Shown: piece after piece, positions 49,773-63,282 of the stretch | How positions within the stretch are numbered: position 1 is the first letter of the stretch | Layout of the letters: each line of letters opens with the position of its first letter | Origin: Nemertoderma westbladi | Taxonomy: Eukaryota; Animalia; Xenacoelomorpha | Assembly: GCA_032718475.1 (NCBI GenBank) | Contig: JAUCBJ010007475.1 | Span: 1 to 64,000, forward strand | Reading direction: 5' to 3' | DNA: 64,000 nt | Notes under the pieces: generated by a model | What the model saw: only the letters and a program-made list of their open reading frames with translations | What the model was told of the DNA's origin: nothing | Databases searched by the model: none | Program-made: the position numbers and the translations under genes

Positions 49773-50846
49773 TGTTCGCGGTATTTCAACTTTCCATAAC
49801 GCGAGTTGAATATTTTTGTATTTATTTAAAATTGATTATTCCGATATTATTACTGGGTGCGGGACCATGGGTTTTGGGCACATTCAATAAACTGGGGGCG
49901 ATTTATGGGCGAACTTTGGGGCAACTTACAGGGTACGGGAATAATTTCATAGTTATAAGGGCCAGGGGGGGGGGGATGGAGAATTCAAGCAGTATTCAGG
50001 TTAGCCTGAGTACTATTAGGCCCTGGCCAACTTCCTGCTGCCTGTAGGGGTGGATTTGGTAATGCGCCAGGCCTAAAGGACAAGGACTGCCCTTAGTGGT
50101 CCCTGGCCAACAGCAGCTATTACGAGACTGAAAATAACTCGGACCGCTGACTGCTTGTGTCAGGGATTTGCGACGGGAAACAACAGCCCCTTAGTAGCCA
50201 AGCCGTTCTGGTTCTCGATGATCGAACCCTTCGGGGTTCGTGAGGGGTGGAACGGACACGCGAACGGGTCCACCGACACGACAGACTCCTAGCCAAGCCG
50301 TACTGGTTCTCGATGACCGATCCCTTCGGGGTTCGAGAGGGGCGGTACGGATACGCGACAGAGTCCACCGACTGGACCGACCCTTAGCTAAGCCGTGCTG
50401 GTTCTCGATGATCGTTCCCTTCGGGGTTCGTGAGGGGTGGAACGGACACGCGACAGGGTCGACCGACACCGACACTACGGCACTAAGACTAGGACCAAGG
50501 GAAAAATCTGGGGAACATTAGGTAGGCTAAAATCTGAGCGAACAGTGGGTAATTAAATAATATACCGTAGGGATTTATATTATCGTGTATAATTATTGTG
50601 AATATTTGGTGTATATTGATTTGGGGAAGCCCAAAATTATTCTTAATCAGGTTTCAACTGTAGGAAGTTACATTAAAGAGTATATATATCCAACTAATGC
50701 AGCTTTTTATCAACCGCAAACTTGCATCTCAGAAAACATTCCTTCTCCACAATCAATATCCGGTGACTGGCCGGGGCTCGGTGGTCTGTAAAGTCACGTC
50801 TCCAGCATCGGCGTTTTTCCCCCCTGGTGTAGGGATAACAGCAACA
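49773..50846 (+). repeat. 3' LTR of element B
   Basis: Follows gggggggac; ends gcaaca, then TSD atctt. Confidence 0.95.
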
Positions 50847-51778
50847 ATCTTGATATATTGCCCAATATCAACACCCTCGACTAATGCATATGTTTGAGAT
50901 GACAGTGTACTCTTCGTCACTCTCCTGGAGCAACGGCTAGACCAATAAACTAAGAATTGTCCCCAAAATACATAAACTGCCAATCGTGAAGGATTTCCGA
51001 ATGCTGCATCAGTAAATACATGAAGATCAGGAAATTCATGCTCAACGCCAACGGATTCTGACGACACGGGTAGAAATTTCAATGTAAAGGATTCCATTTG
51101 ACTTCGTCTCACTTGTTTATTCAAGAGTCGAATATCGCTTGTTGTTGGCTTCGAGACTTGTGAGAGCGAGCCGATTTGAAATGCCAAGTCAGGGCTTCTA
51201 TTTGAGACAATCCACATAAATTTTCCTAATAATGCACGAAACATATATTCAAAGTCGTCATCTGTTGCCAAATCGATTTCGTTGAGAGTTCGAATGTACT
51301 GGGTTTGAGACAATTCAAAACCACCATAGTCTAACTTTCGAATATGTACTCCAAGAAATTTAGTCCAACTGCTGCCAATCTGAACAATTTTACCAACTTT
51401 TAGCAATGTCTGCAGACCATCACAAACTTTAATCACTGATGATGGTAATCCAGCAACTAGAATATCATCCACATGTGTGGTAATAATACCACACAAATTT
51501 CCTTCCTCGTTATATGTCATGTACATGGCTGGATCAAAGAAACTTTGAATGTTTCCCAGTTGACGTAGATTGTCTTGAAGTTTCAAGAACCATTCTCGTG
51601 AAGCATCGGAAAGGCCGTAGACAGCCTTCTTTAATTTCCAGAATCGAGGAGCATCAACGTTCTGAAACTCAACAGGTGGTTTAACATATACAGATCTATC
51701 TCTTGACAAATTACCACTTTGTAAGAAGGCAGTTTTTATATCAACAGCCCATATATTCCAGTCAAATATGGTTGCCAA
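50847..51778 (-). pseudogene. Copia RT and RNase H N-terminal part
   Basis: AVDIKTAFLQ, WKLKKAVYGLSDASREW, HVDDIL, FLGV, FTDAAF, RRVTKSTL. Confidence 0.93.
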
Positions 51779-52086
51779 TTATTATCGGATTATCGGTAGC
51801 CTTATGTAGGTCTTGTTACCGGTAAAATATCAGAAGTAACGCAGAAGGAAGCCAATAGCCGGACAGTTTAATCGAGGATTAGACAGTAGGTAGGTAATGG
51901 TACCTACCGGAAGTTCTGTAGTACAGCAACAAAAGCTGGATAGCGCCATCACTCAATACTGCAATAGAAGATGCAGGAAACAAAGCGCCATCACGCGAGC
52001 GAGAATGTATGAAAGTGCCATCACACTCTCAACATGAATCAGTGCCATAACACTGTGTAGTGCCATCACACTATGAGATCGATGAA

Positions 52087-52098
52087 GCTCTGCTACCA
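52087..52098 (-). promoter_or_regulatory. Primer-binding site for tRNA-Met(i) of the Copia element
   Basis: Minus strand TGGTAGCAGAGC, 2 nt from the LTR. Confidence 0.9.
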
Positions 52099-53624
52099 TT
52101 TGTTATTTCAGTAATTCGTATAATATTCTGATAATAACATGACTACAGGTATAGTAAATCACATGCAGAGAGAACAACATAACGATACCGGTAGGTATAT
52201 AACACAGTAGTGATCCCAGTGCAAACGGTAGTTGCATATAATAACAATAATAACAAGTAGGGTAGGCCTACTTCTACTTCTACTGCGGTCCCGACTTTAT
52301 CTATTATCTCTTTATTGATTGGTCTATACGTTTTTGATTGTTTGTACAGAGAAGCGACTGTTTTAGGTTGTTTTGTTTAGATTGTTTTGGATTTATTATT
52401 TGTATCGACTAGAAGTTTTGTAAAATTTGTGAATCTGTACGTTTTATTGTTTTTTTGACAATTCCAATAACTTTTGTACCATTTGTTTTGTACTGTTCGT
52501 TTTATTTTTTTATAATGTTTGGGATGAATATACTTTTTAACTCTTAGTTACTACTGCTACTTTGATTATTTTACTGTTTGTGACGTTTAGCGCCTTACCG
52601 TACTTTTATTATTATTATTATTAACATACACAAAAGATTAAATAATATATATCATAGTTGTGCTGTTGTGGTACATAATGTGCACTGGTTTGAAGGCCCT
52701 TGACAATGTAAAGGAGATGTTAAACACAGCACGTTTCTCATTGTGTCCATGTTTCCATTTTCAAATATTCCTGTTAGACGGTTCAACACAACTGCAGTAC
52801 AGCAATTACTGGTGCCAGACTATCTAAATATTGGGTGTATACGCTACGCCGACAATAAATTTTTATTTTTAAATTTCTTCTAGAGCATATTTTTATCAAG
52901 ATTCCAAATTTGAGAACCGTTTAGCATGATCTGTCTTAATTCTTGAGATATGGCTGTATATCTGTTTGACTGTCGGTCTGTCCGTCACCGTCAGTATGTA
53001 TCCAAAACAATAGAAAGCATATACTACTGCATCGGTTTTCTTGGTCGGTGACTTCATTTCTGATGTCAGTATTCAAATTTGGCCTCGTCGTTTCTGTTTG
53101 TATGCTTGCCCTGCCCGTCAAAATAAAACCGACAGCCTGTTTCTACTGTAAGTTATTGATGACTAAATAATAAAATAGGCCTATTAAATATAATGCAAAA
53201 ATAAACAGATACAGTACGCCAGGGATCGAACACGTCTAATGTCTATGTTGATAAGTAATAGCGAAGTATCCATTCCACTAATCGGAAAGAATGAAAAAAT
53301 AGGCACAATGAGGAACGAACTGTGTTTAACGCCTCCTACAATGTAAATGACACAGTTTTGTATGTATTTCGTTGGCGGCAAATTCAAATCGAAGCGCCAA
53401 CTGCCAGCTCTGAGAATCTGATAGAGAACTCTGATTACCCTGCTGCCTGGCCAGGGGCTGAGTTGTAGTTGGACGTGTATGTCGTGTAGACGTACAGACG
53501 TACCGTCGGTAGATAAGGCTACTGGCAGACACTGATTACCGTACATCTGTACTGCCATTGACTGCTGTACACGACTGTACAGTATCAGAGTACAGCCAAC
53601 ACTTCACAGCTGCACAGTACAGTA

Positions 53625-56600
53625 GGGAACACATGCCCAAACAGGCAGTGCAGACTTTGCAAAATGCACTGCCATATTAGGCAGTTTTAGCCTAAATTTC
53701 TGATAAAATGTCAATTTTTATTAACTTCCTGCTCGAAGGGCCCCTTTTTTATTTCATGGGATGAAAATATAATATGTATTGCAAGGTAAATATAAAATTT
53801 GGTAGACTTTCACAGTTGGGTTTTAGAGACATCAGACTTTGAAAATTGCTAGTCAAAAGCATGCACTGCCCAAAATAGCAGTGTTCTGCTTAATATAGCA
53901 ACATACTGTTTGAACTAGCAGTGCAATGCTTAAAACGGCAGTGCAAAATCAGAAAATGCATTCAGCATTACATACAATTCAGCAATCCTGATGGAAACAT
54001 TATATATATATAACCAATATTCAACAGATTTTATAAATCAATTTTTCACAGTTTGAAACACCAGTAGACTGGGAAAGTTGGAAAAAGAAAGACCCGATCA
54101 TTTTTTCCTGAATTTGTAAATATTATATCTGTATATGGTATGTTGGTTTGTATTGCATTCTCTATATCCGTTACTATTGTCGAATGTATGACTTTGTATG
54201 TGTTTTAATCTACGTATTCCTATTGCCTATTGTAAACATAAACTCTCATCTCAGTTTTAGCTTAATTTATACTATCGCAATCGCAATATTAGCTTGTTAA
54301 TTTTAATTTTTAATTTGTAATATTTTTATATTGTAGATATTCAGTATTATGTTTGTTTTACTTGTTTGTTTTACTCTACATGTTTTACTATTAACGTTTT
54401 AAGCTATCCCAGTATCCAGCCACTCACAGCCAGCCTATTGTACTTGTCTGCTTGTACACAAAAACATTAGTATCAAATTTTGCTTTGAAAAAATATACTG
54501 TTGCAACATGTGTTTGTTAGAATATATTATCTTTATTATTATTTTATATTTATGTTGGTTTTACTCATTGCTCACTCTATCTATAATTAACGTTTTCCAT
54601 CTACTGTAAAACCAACATAATACTGTATCAATTTACAATTAATTGATTTATATCAATTTTAGATTACTGGTCAGCCGGTAAGTCATACTGTATCAAAATA
54701 CTAGTTTATTATATACATTTTATGTGTGAACGTGTAAATCTAAATATAGACTATATTTTAGTATCTAAATTGGATTTAATTATTTCTTACTAATGATCTG
54801 ATGATGACTTCTTATACAGTAATTTGTATTTTGTTAACAAATAATGCCTTAGATCAGTTAATCCTTAAACAGTGAAATTTCTTTATACATCCATAAATTA
54901 TTAAACAATAATTTTATCAAGGGGAGGTAAATTTCTGTACAGACCCCTTCTGCCCTTAAAGATATGACATTTTTAAATATGATATATATTAGGCCTAATG
55001 ATTTTATTACTAAATATTTACTATCAATAAATATCAGTTACCATATCAATCAGTCAATAAACATAAATTTTATCATTAGCGAACCGTAACTTTTAATATT
55101 AACGAACTATAGGCCTATAATACATATTGTTATAATGGCCACATATATATTAATATTTTATACAGTATAATAAATATATTAATAAATTACCTGTCAGTGA
55201 CTGTGTAAATTGTTAACCAGTTAACTGAATAACTAACAAAAATAAAATATATATAGGCCTATAAATTGCTTTCAATAGGATAGTCTTATATACTGTAGAT
55301 AGATAGGCTGTTTAGCAGATACAGTACAGACATAGATAGATAAACTCTGAAGGACTGAATGATGCCTGGCATTGCCAGGCTCTCCAGCTCTCCTACAGTC
55401 AGACAGAAGGAATTAATTCAATACCATAACTGCAGAACTGCCATTTTAGGCAGTGCATGTTTTTGACTTGCAATTTTCAATGTCAAATATCTCCAAAACC
55501 CAACCATGAAACTCTTACTACATTTTGTATTTACCTCCAATATATATCATATTTTCATCCAATGAAATAAAAATGGGGCCCTTCCAGCCTTCCAGCAGGA
55601 AGTTGATAAAAATTCACATTTTATCCGAAATTTAGGGTAAAACTGCCTAATATCAGTAAGGGAAAATACCCCGAATCGGGGTATAGCAGCAAACCCCCAT
55701 TCGGGGTTTTGTGATACCCCGATTCGGGGTTCTCCCATAGACATTTTTTCTCCTTCATTTCAGCATATGAAGATTTTAATTCCGCAATTTCGTTTTAACA
55801 TATTCGAATACACATTGGTGTGTACTACAAATAAGAAAACTTTGGAGTAATAATGAAATCTTCCGGCTTCGATATTGTACCGGAAAATCTAATGTAAATT
55901 ATACCCCGAATCAGGGTATCCAGGACTCCCTGTACCCCGAATGGGGGCTTGTGATATATTCATACAGCCTGCAGAAGCACCGATTCGGGGTCAGTATTTT
56001 CTAGTACACCGATTCAGGAACTCAATTTTCTCGAAAATACACTGAATCGGCTCTTTTTTTCCACTCTGACACTGATTCGGTGTATATTTTCTAGTCGTTT
56101 TTTATATTTTTTAATGGATTTTCGTGATGTAATGTAATTTGTCATTGTATTTAATGTATATTACGTTATAGTGCTTATTGTTAGACAAATTGCATAATCA
56201 TATCTATATTTAATATTTAAAGTGTGATACAGTTTTGGTGTACTATTATAATGAAAAATATGCATTATTTATTCTCATTTTCACCATAATAATTTATCGT
56301 GGGCCCTTCATAACCCTTCACTTCATAACCACGCAAAACCCGACTTGGCGAATTAATATCCCGCCTCAATGTTAAATTCTCAATTTAGGGAAAGGAGCAG
56401 GTTACAGTGGCACGTTATTTTAACCAAAACAATAAACTAAGCACAATAGAATAGGTTTCAGTCTTATTTTTGAGAGTAATCCGCTGTTATTTGCTTCGAA
56501 TTTACTTTGGAAAGGGATTAATTTTTATTGCGTCCAGTCCCCCCCCCCCCCCCCCCCCCCCTACAGTAGTATGTTAATTCAATACTAAGTAGCTACAGTA

Positions 56601-57978
56601 CATAATACTACCGTAGTTCTCTAGTTTTCACGTACTGTATATAGGTTTCACGTAGGCCTACTGTATTTTATTGTCTATAAATAATATGCAAGCCATTGCA
56701 ATGTAATGTATTCATGTATCCATGTATGCCATTGTCATATATTATAATTCTCGTATTCTTCTATAATTCGTAGGCCTATTCGTAGGCCTATAATTCTCTA
56801 TAATCATCATAATAATTATCATAATAATATTATATCTCGACTCATCGTTTAATATGCTAAATCTGGCAGGGTAAATATCTGCTTGCGTCTTATACGTGCT
56901 TGCCAGAACGGGCAAGGTTATTATACGTGCTTGCCCAAACGGGCAAGGTTATTATACGTGCTTGCCAGAACGGGCAAGGTTATTATACGTGCTTGCCAGA
57001 ATGGCAGAATGGGCAAGGTTATAAGTGCTCGCCAGAAGAATCTAACAAGATTCTATTGAAGAGTCTAACCAGGGCGCATCTCTGCCTTGCGTCATTAAAT
57101 GGTAGCTAAATGTGTACTGGAAATTCCTCTGGGGAGTATAGCTCTGGGGGTCCACAATGGAAATAAGTCGTCTGACTTTGTGCGCAATCCCTGGCCTAAC
57201 GGCCGAACAAAATGTACTGTATTTTACTTCAGCTTTTTTCCGTCAATCTAGTTTCCTTTATTGTTTTGGATAGAAGCACTGCAACTTTAACCAGCTCTTG
57301 TCAGTTAATTACGATTAGCTTCGTTTATTGTATTAGTTAACTGTAACCGTAAAACACTGTAACAGTTAACTGTGAACTGTAACCTGCTCCTTTCTCTTAA
57401 TAATGGAATTTACTGTACTGGTACTAATGTACTGGTACTCCGTGTTGATTAAAAAACATACTTTTTGTTATCATATCCATATTTATAAATCAGTTGATAG
57501 ACAAATAACACTGCAATAATAATAATGTAAATGTACAATATAGTAATATACTACAGTACCGTACCTCCTGACCTCCCGTACTTCAGTAGGTAGGCCCTAT
57601 ATCTATCATTATAGTTACCACATTTATATTATGACTGTATGAAACAGTATTGTACTGCACAAAATGTAATTTTCGCACTATTAATTCCAGTCTGACGTGA
57701 GTGAAACATCATTTTTCTGGAGGGGCGTGAATAACTCCTATACCCCGATTCGGGGTATATCTAATTTTTCCGCTGCCTGAAGATTTTCTAGTAGAGCACC
57801 GATTCGGGGTATAGCTTTCTACTGAAAATCTCCAATCAGTGTCACTATTTTCCACTATGACACCGATTCGGTGTATAGAGCTGTACCCCGATTCGGAGTA
57901 TTTTCCCTTACTGAATATGGCAGTGCATTTTTCAAAAATGGCAGTGCGTCTGTGCTGCCAATTCGAGCATGTGTTCCC
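53625..57978. mobile_element. Non-autonomous TIR element (GGGAACACATGC termini, TA flanks)
   Basis: Long imperfect inverted arms; absent from copy 1 near 20935. Confidence 0.85.
55654..57913. mobile_element. TIR element CAGTAAGGGAAAATAC...GTATTTTCCCTTACTG with 5-bp TSD AATAT
   Basis: TIRs, subterminal accccgattcgggg repeats, TSD on both sides; interrupts the right arm of the host element. Confidence 0.9.
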
Positions 57979-58328
57979 TACTGCAGTACTGCAGTAGTAT
58001 CGGTCAGTCGGTACTACTCTGCTACTGCAGTACTGTCAGACTGCAGACTGTAGTAAGTAAGGAAAGGGAACACAAGCCAGCTAGTCAACTGGCAGACTGG
58101 TCAACTAGTTGCCACACTATTGCCAGACTACACTAAGGTACCGGTCTGCCGGTACCGTACTTACCGGCTACTGCCTGTACTGTCCTTCGTCTGTTCGTCG
58201 CCTACCGGGCTACCGGCTGACCTATACTCCCTGACTCCAGGACTCCCAGACTCCTGTCTGCCTGTACCTGTCTGCCTGTTGACCTGTGTACTGTACAGTT
58301 TCAGTTTCTGGTACAATAATAAAACCTA

Positions 58329-59171
58329 GGGTAAGACGGGGTAAAATGGGACATGGGGTAAAATGGGACATGTCGGCGTCGGGGTAAAATGGGACATGCA
58401 TATTTTTTGCCAATTTTTTTTTAAAGAACACTTTTAGGTCTGTTTTAATACGGTATATTTTTAATTGAGAAACTAAATGTTACATTGTTATATAGGCCTA
58501 GCACATATGATGAGATCAAGATCACGCGATGAAAGCAATTTGTTAAGCGCGTATACACTTAAAAGTTAGGACACTTCCTATCATTCATTTTCTTCGATAT
58601 TATATGCATTAGAATCGCAATCATCGATTTAGTGGGTGTAGAACAAGTCCAAATGTCCAAATTCCTGATCGTTTTGGAGTTACACAGATTTGTAGTTTTA
58701 CCTTGATACATGTCTGCATGTAGATAGGCGTAACTCCGTAAATAATGCCTAGATGATTTTTCTCTGTGATTGTTGAGTTTTATAGCTTTTATAGCTACTA
58801 CTGCATTTAGTTATTAGGCCTAGCTCATACTGGTCTTAACTACTCATACTCATACTGCTATTTCAACTCATACTGTCATAGGCCCTAATCTTAATCTAAC
58901 TTCTGAACTTGACTAACTAACACTAACAATGCCTCATGTCCCACCTTACCCCGGATGTCCCACTTTAACCCCACTCGGGGTAATGTGGGACACTGCGATT
59001 TTTTTAAAAATAAACCACCTGAACCAAAGGCTCAGGGGTTTATTTTGGTACAATCTGATAGCCCAGAGTTCAAATGTACAGAATATGCTTTGATTATATC
59101 CATCCAGGAAAATCCCTCTTGGTTATAGAACCAAACATACCAAACTTGTCCCATTTTACCCCGTCTTACCC
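58329..59171. mobile_element. MITE with TA TSD (Tc1/mariner/pogo-like)
   Basis: TIR GGGTAAGACGGGGTAAAATGGGACA; empty site cctactc in copy 1. Confidence 0.9.
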
Positions 59172-59244
59172 TACTCTTATCTTACTGTCTTAGGGATGTA
59201 TGGTCACTAGCTAACTAGGGCTGTAGGCGTCCGACAGTAGAGGG

Positions 59245-61341
59245 CAGTCGGGGAGAAGTTATATTTTCAACTGACAGTCGGTGAGAAGTCAAAAATTGGA
59301 CTTCAAGTCCAATTTTAGACTTCAAGTCCAATTTTGGACTCCAAAGTCCAATATTGGACTTTAGTACAACTCCAAGTGTACCCATGCTGCCATACTGTAT
59401 ATCGGTATTTAAATCAAAACTGCATCCCGTATCAGTACATATATATTACATAATTACAATGCAACATTATTTTAAGGATCAAATTAATTATTATATGTAT
59501 TATATAAACAGGGATCGCACACTTACAGTCAGACATTAGTAGTTACTTTTTGCGGTAGTGGTATAGCTTTGCGGTAGCCTTACTGCCTTAGTGGTGTATA
59601 CCGCGGTAGCGTAGTTGAGTTATAGCTGTATAGTTCATTCATACCCATACCTGTGGTATTTTCGTATGGCAAAAATAAGACTACTGTAAACTGTAACCTA
59701 TTATGTTATTGAGTTAATGTTTATTGACTAATTGTTTTGATTAGGTTCAATGTGTCAAGTACAATGCACACATCTCTGCATCTCCAACCAGACACTATAT
59801 AACATTGGAGTTGGAGGTGTCTCATTCAGTCATTGGTTCCCCCAAGCTTGACACTAGAACATAGCCGCCCCCGCTTTGCAGGACATCGCTTTAAGCCGTG
59901 AGGACCAGCCAGTGCACCTCATGGAGTGAATAAGCATGGTGGACAGCCCATGATGACTTTCTTGAGACGCATCTTTCTTACTGTCTTAAAGGACACTGGC
60001 CTTGAAGATGCGGATGATCTAGCAAATGTCATGGCTGATAAGGCTGTAAGAGTGTGAGGGAGTTGTGGAGGCGCACTTTTGTCAACAAGCCAGCACAGCA
60101 TTCTTAATACATAATAGGGCCTATACTGCTATATATATATAATGCAGCTGCAATGAATCATGCCGATTGTAGTAGTAGTATGTGGTGAGGTTATAGGGCT
60201 CCTTCAATTGGTAAAGTCAAAAGTGGCCGTTTATTGTTTTAGTTAGAAAAGCCTGCCTCTGTAACCTGTAACCTGAATTGGTTTATGATTATGACGTGTG
60301 TTACTTGTTACTTCTGTACTTATTATGTGGAGACCCCAACGCGTTAATCAGTTACTAATCCCATTTCATTATCCTGTTATGCAGCTGTTTTATAATACCC
60401 TTCCTGTTGTATGGAAAAATTAGAAGAGATGGTGGTAGCATCAACTTGTAGTAGGCCTATTTCTTTCTGATAGGGCTCCCATAGCCTTAGACGAAATCGT
60501 AGCTTGTACTGTAGTTAGCCTTAGCAGCAGCTGCAGTTGGCTAACCTGGCATTGCTACCAGTATCCACCAAATATAATTTGTAATAAAGTCCAATATTGG
60601 GCTTTTGTAAAAATTCAAAGCCTTATAAAAAAAAGTTCCCCCTGGTGAATTTCAGGTCCCCCTGTTCAAAACTCTTATTTTTTGATATATTTTCGATTAA
60701 AGAAAAAAAATCCCGCCCGATCCTATTACCCAAGGCCCTGGAACAATTGGCTGATTTGAAGTCCAATATTGGACTCACAGAAGTCCAATTTTGGACTTGA
60801 ACTGGAGTCGAAGTCCAATTTTGGACTCAAGTCCAATTTTTGACTTCTCACCGACTGACTGAGTTGAAATTTCAACTTTATTTTTTAAAATTCAACTTTT
60901 TATTAAAATTCAACTTTTGGAGTAGAGTTTAAAATTGAACTTTTTTTTAAAATTCAACTTTTGGAGTAGCTTTGGAAATACTAAAATATGGAATTGGAAT
61001 CCATTACTGGTATTCCATTGTATAATAATTATGAGATTCAGCGGTAATTAAATACATCTAATAAATTCCCGTAGTATTTCAGCTAATTTGCAAATGTAAT
61101 CACTTAAAATGTTTTTTAAAAAAGTATTCCCGACGGTGAAAGTTTTTATTCCATCGGTAATGAGGGTTAATTTTTCGAGTTACGTCCATAAAAACAATCA
61201 AAACACCCCCCCCTTCTGTGACGTCTTGGGGGCCTTCTGCGCCTCCTGCCATTTTAGAGTTGAATTTACAACTTAAAAGTTGAATTAAAAAAAAAAGTTT
61301 TAAATTTCAACTCAGTTGAAATTTCAACTTCTCCCCGACTG
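59245..61341. mobile_element. TIR element CAGTCGGGGAGAAGTT with 5-bp TSD GAGGG
   Basis: TIRs; TSD at 59240-59244 and 61342-61346; empty site in copy 1 near 21360. Confidence 0.9.
59275..60857. mobile_element. Nested TIR element CAGTCGGTGAGAAGTCAAAAATTGGAC with 5-bp TSD ACTGA
   Basis: TIRs; subterminal aagtccaattttggact repeats; TSD at 59270-59274 and 60858-60862. Confidence 0.9.
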
Positions 61342-61965
61342 GAGGGTGGCTGGGTGGTCCAAAAAATGTTCACAGGGTACGGGTACCTATTGCCTGACTG
61401 CATGATTTTTTTGGTTATAGAGCTGTAGAGTAACTACTGACTGTTTAACCATGTGACTAATGACTCTGACCATATCTGCATATGGTTTCCCTCAATTGGT
61501 AAAGTGATCATTTATTGTTCTGGTTAGAAAAGCCTGCCTCTGTAACCTTCTCCTTTTCCTCAATTGGTATATTTATATAGGCCTATACCAGTACAGTACA
61601 TCAGCAAATCAACGGGTTTTGGAACTTCAAAATATTGCCAAGTGGGTGTACTGAAACCGATTTTACCCAAAAATTGCTACACACTGACACAACCAGTTAT
61701 TAATACTGTTATTCTGTCCTGCTGTCCGACTATTTGTTTCTCATCTGATATTGATATCATTACAGTGACTGTAGTTAGTTGTTGTAGGAGATACTGAGAT
61801 ACATGCTACAGTCTTGCTACCACCTGATCTAAAATGTCCGACTAATAACATGTACAGTGACAATGACTTGAAATTAGCAGACTCTAATGTCTTATATTGC
61901 AGTATTGTATATTTATTCTGTTCGAGTTTTATTTTTGTTTTATTTTTGAATTTATTTTTGTGTCT

Positions 61966-63282
61966 ACTATCTGACAGTCTGACTGTTGATGGTGACACAG
62001 AACCATTTGAAGTATTATGGGGAGTCCTCCAAGGAGATACACTTGCGCTATTCTTGTTCATAATCATAATTGTGGTTGACTATGTCAGTATGTTCTACGC
62101 ATGTCCTTAGATCATCATAATGATGATGGGGTAATGGTAACTCCACCTACTGGCTCTAGAAGTCGAGTAATTCCTGCCAAGTACCTAACTGATCTTGACT
62201 TTGCTGATGACTTAGGAGTACTCCTGTACTCTCAGAATCACTAGAGGAAGCCCAACGGCTCCTCACCTAATTAGAACAGGCTGCTTCTAGTGTTGGTCTT
62301 TTTATTAACTCCAAAAAGACCAACATTTTGGCAGTTAATTTTGAAAGTGCTCAGCCAGTCAGCAAGTCTCTGACCGGATGAACATAAGCTCAAAGGATGG
62401 TATGCTCGGAGACGGGGGGGGGGGGGGGGGTGGGTGGGGGGAAACTTGATGCAAAACCCGCCTTGGCGAATTAATATCCCGCATCAATGTTAAATTCACA
62501 ATTTAGGGAAAGGAGCAGGTTACAGTGGCACGATATTTTAACCAAAACAATAAACTAAGCACAATAAAACAGGTAACTGTTATATTTTTGAGAGTAATCA
62601 TCTGTTATTTGCGTCCAATTTCCCCTGGAGAGGGGTGAATTTTTATTGCGTCCAGTACGCTCGAGCGTGTGGATGACTTCTGTTACCGGGGGTCATGGAT
62701 CCGGAAGTCAAATGAGGACCTTCGAAATTCGAATACGTAAGGGAAAGGCATGGTCAGCCTTGAATGGGCTTTCTAGGATTTGGAAATCATATAGAATTAA
62801 GGTCCGATTATTTAGAGCAGCAGTAGTTCCCGTACTCCTCTATGGGAGTCCATGCTGGGCTCTAACTGCTGAGGACGCCAAATCTCTGGATGGCACATTC
62901 ACAAGAATGCTACGCCGGGTTCATTGTGTCGGGCAATGCACACATCTCCAACCAGACACTATATAACATTGGAGATAGATGTCTCATTGGTTCCCCCAAG
63001 CTTGACACTATAACAAAGTTGCCTCCGCTTTGCAGGACATTGCTTTCGCCGTGAGGACCAGCCAGTGCCTAATCATGTGCTTTGGCAGCCTCATGGAGTG
63101 AATAATAAGCATGGTGGACAACCCATGACTTTCTTGAGACGCATGTTAAAGGACACCAGCATTGAAGATGCGGATGATCTAGCAAATGTCATGGGTGATA
63201 GGGAGTTGTGGTGGCGCAATTTTGTCGACAAGCCACCTGCAGCTGCAATGCAGCATGCCGATCCTAGTAGTAGTAGTAGTAG
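61966..63282 (+). mobile_element. Second copy of the RTE-clade LINE fragment
   Basis: Near-identical to 21995-23306. Confidence 0.85.

Larger units (their letters stand above)
37613..50846 (+). mobile_element. Full-length BEL/Pao LTR retrotransposon B with an extra 3' ORF
   Basis: ~1.07-kb TG..CA LTRs; TSD ATCTT (37608-37612 and 50847-50851); G-run PPT; Gag-PR-RT-RH-IN order. Confidence 0.97.
37024..52255 (-). mobile_element. Internally deleted Ty1/Copia (GalEa-type) LTR retrotransposon, interrupted by element B
   Basis: LTRs 37024-37182 and 52101-52255 (TG..CA); TSD AGTAG; PBS TGGTAGCAGAGC; Copia RT/RNase H on the minus strand. Confidence 0.92.
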
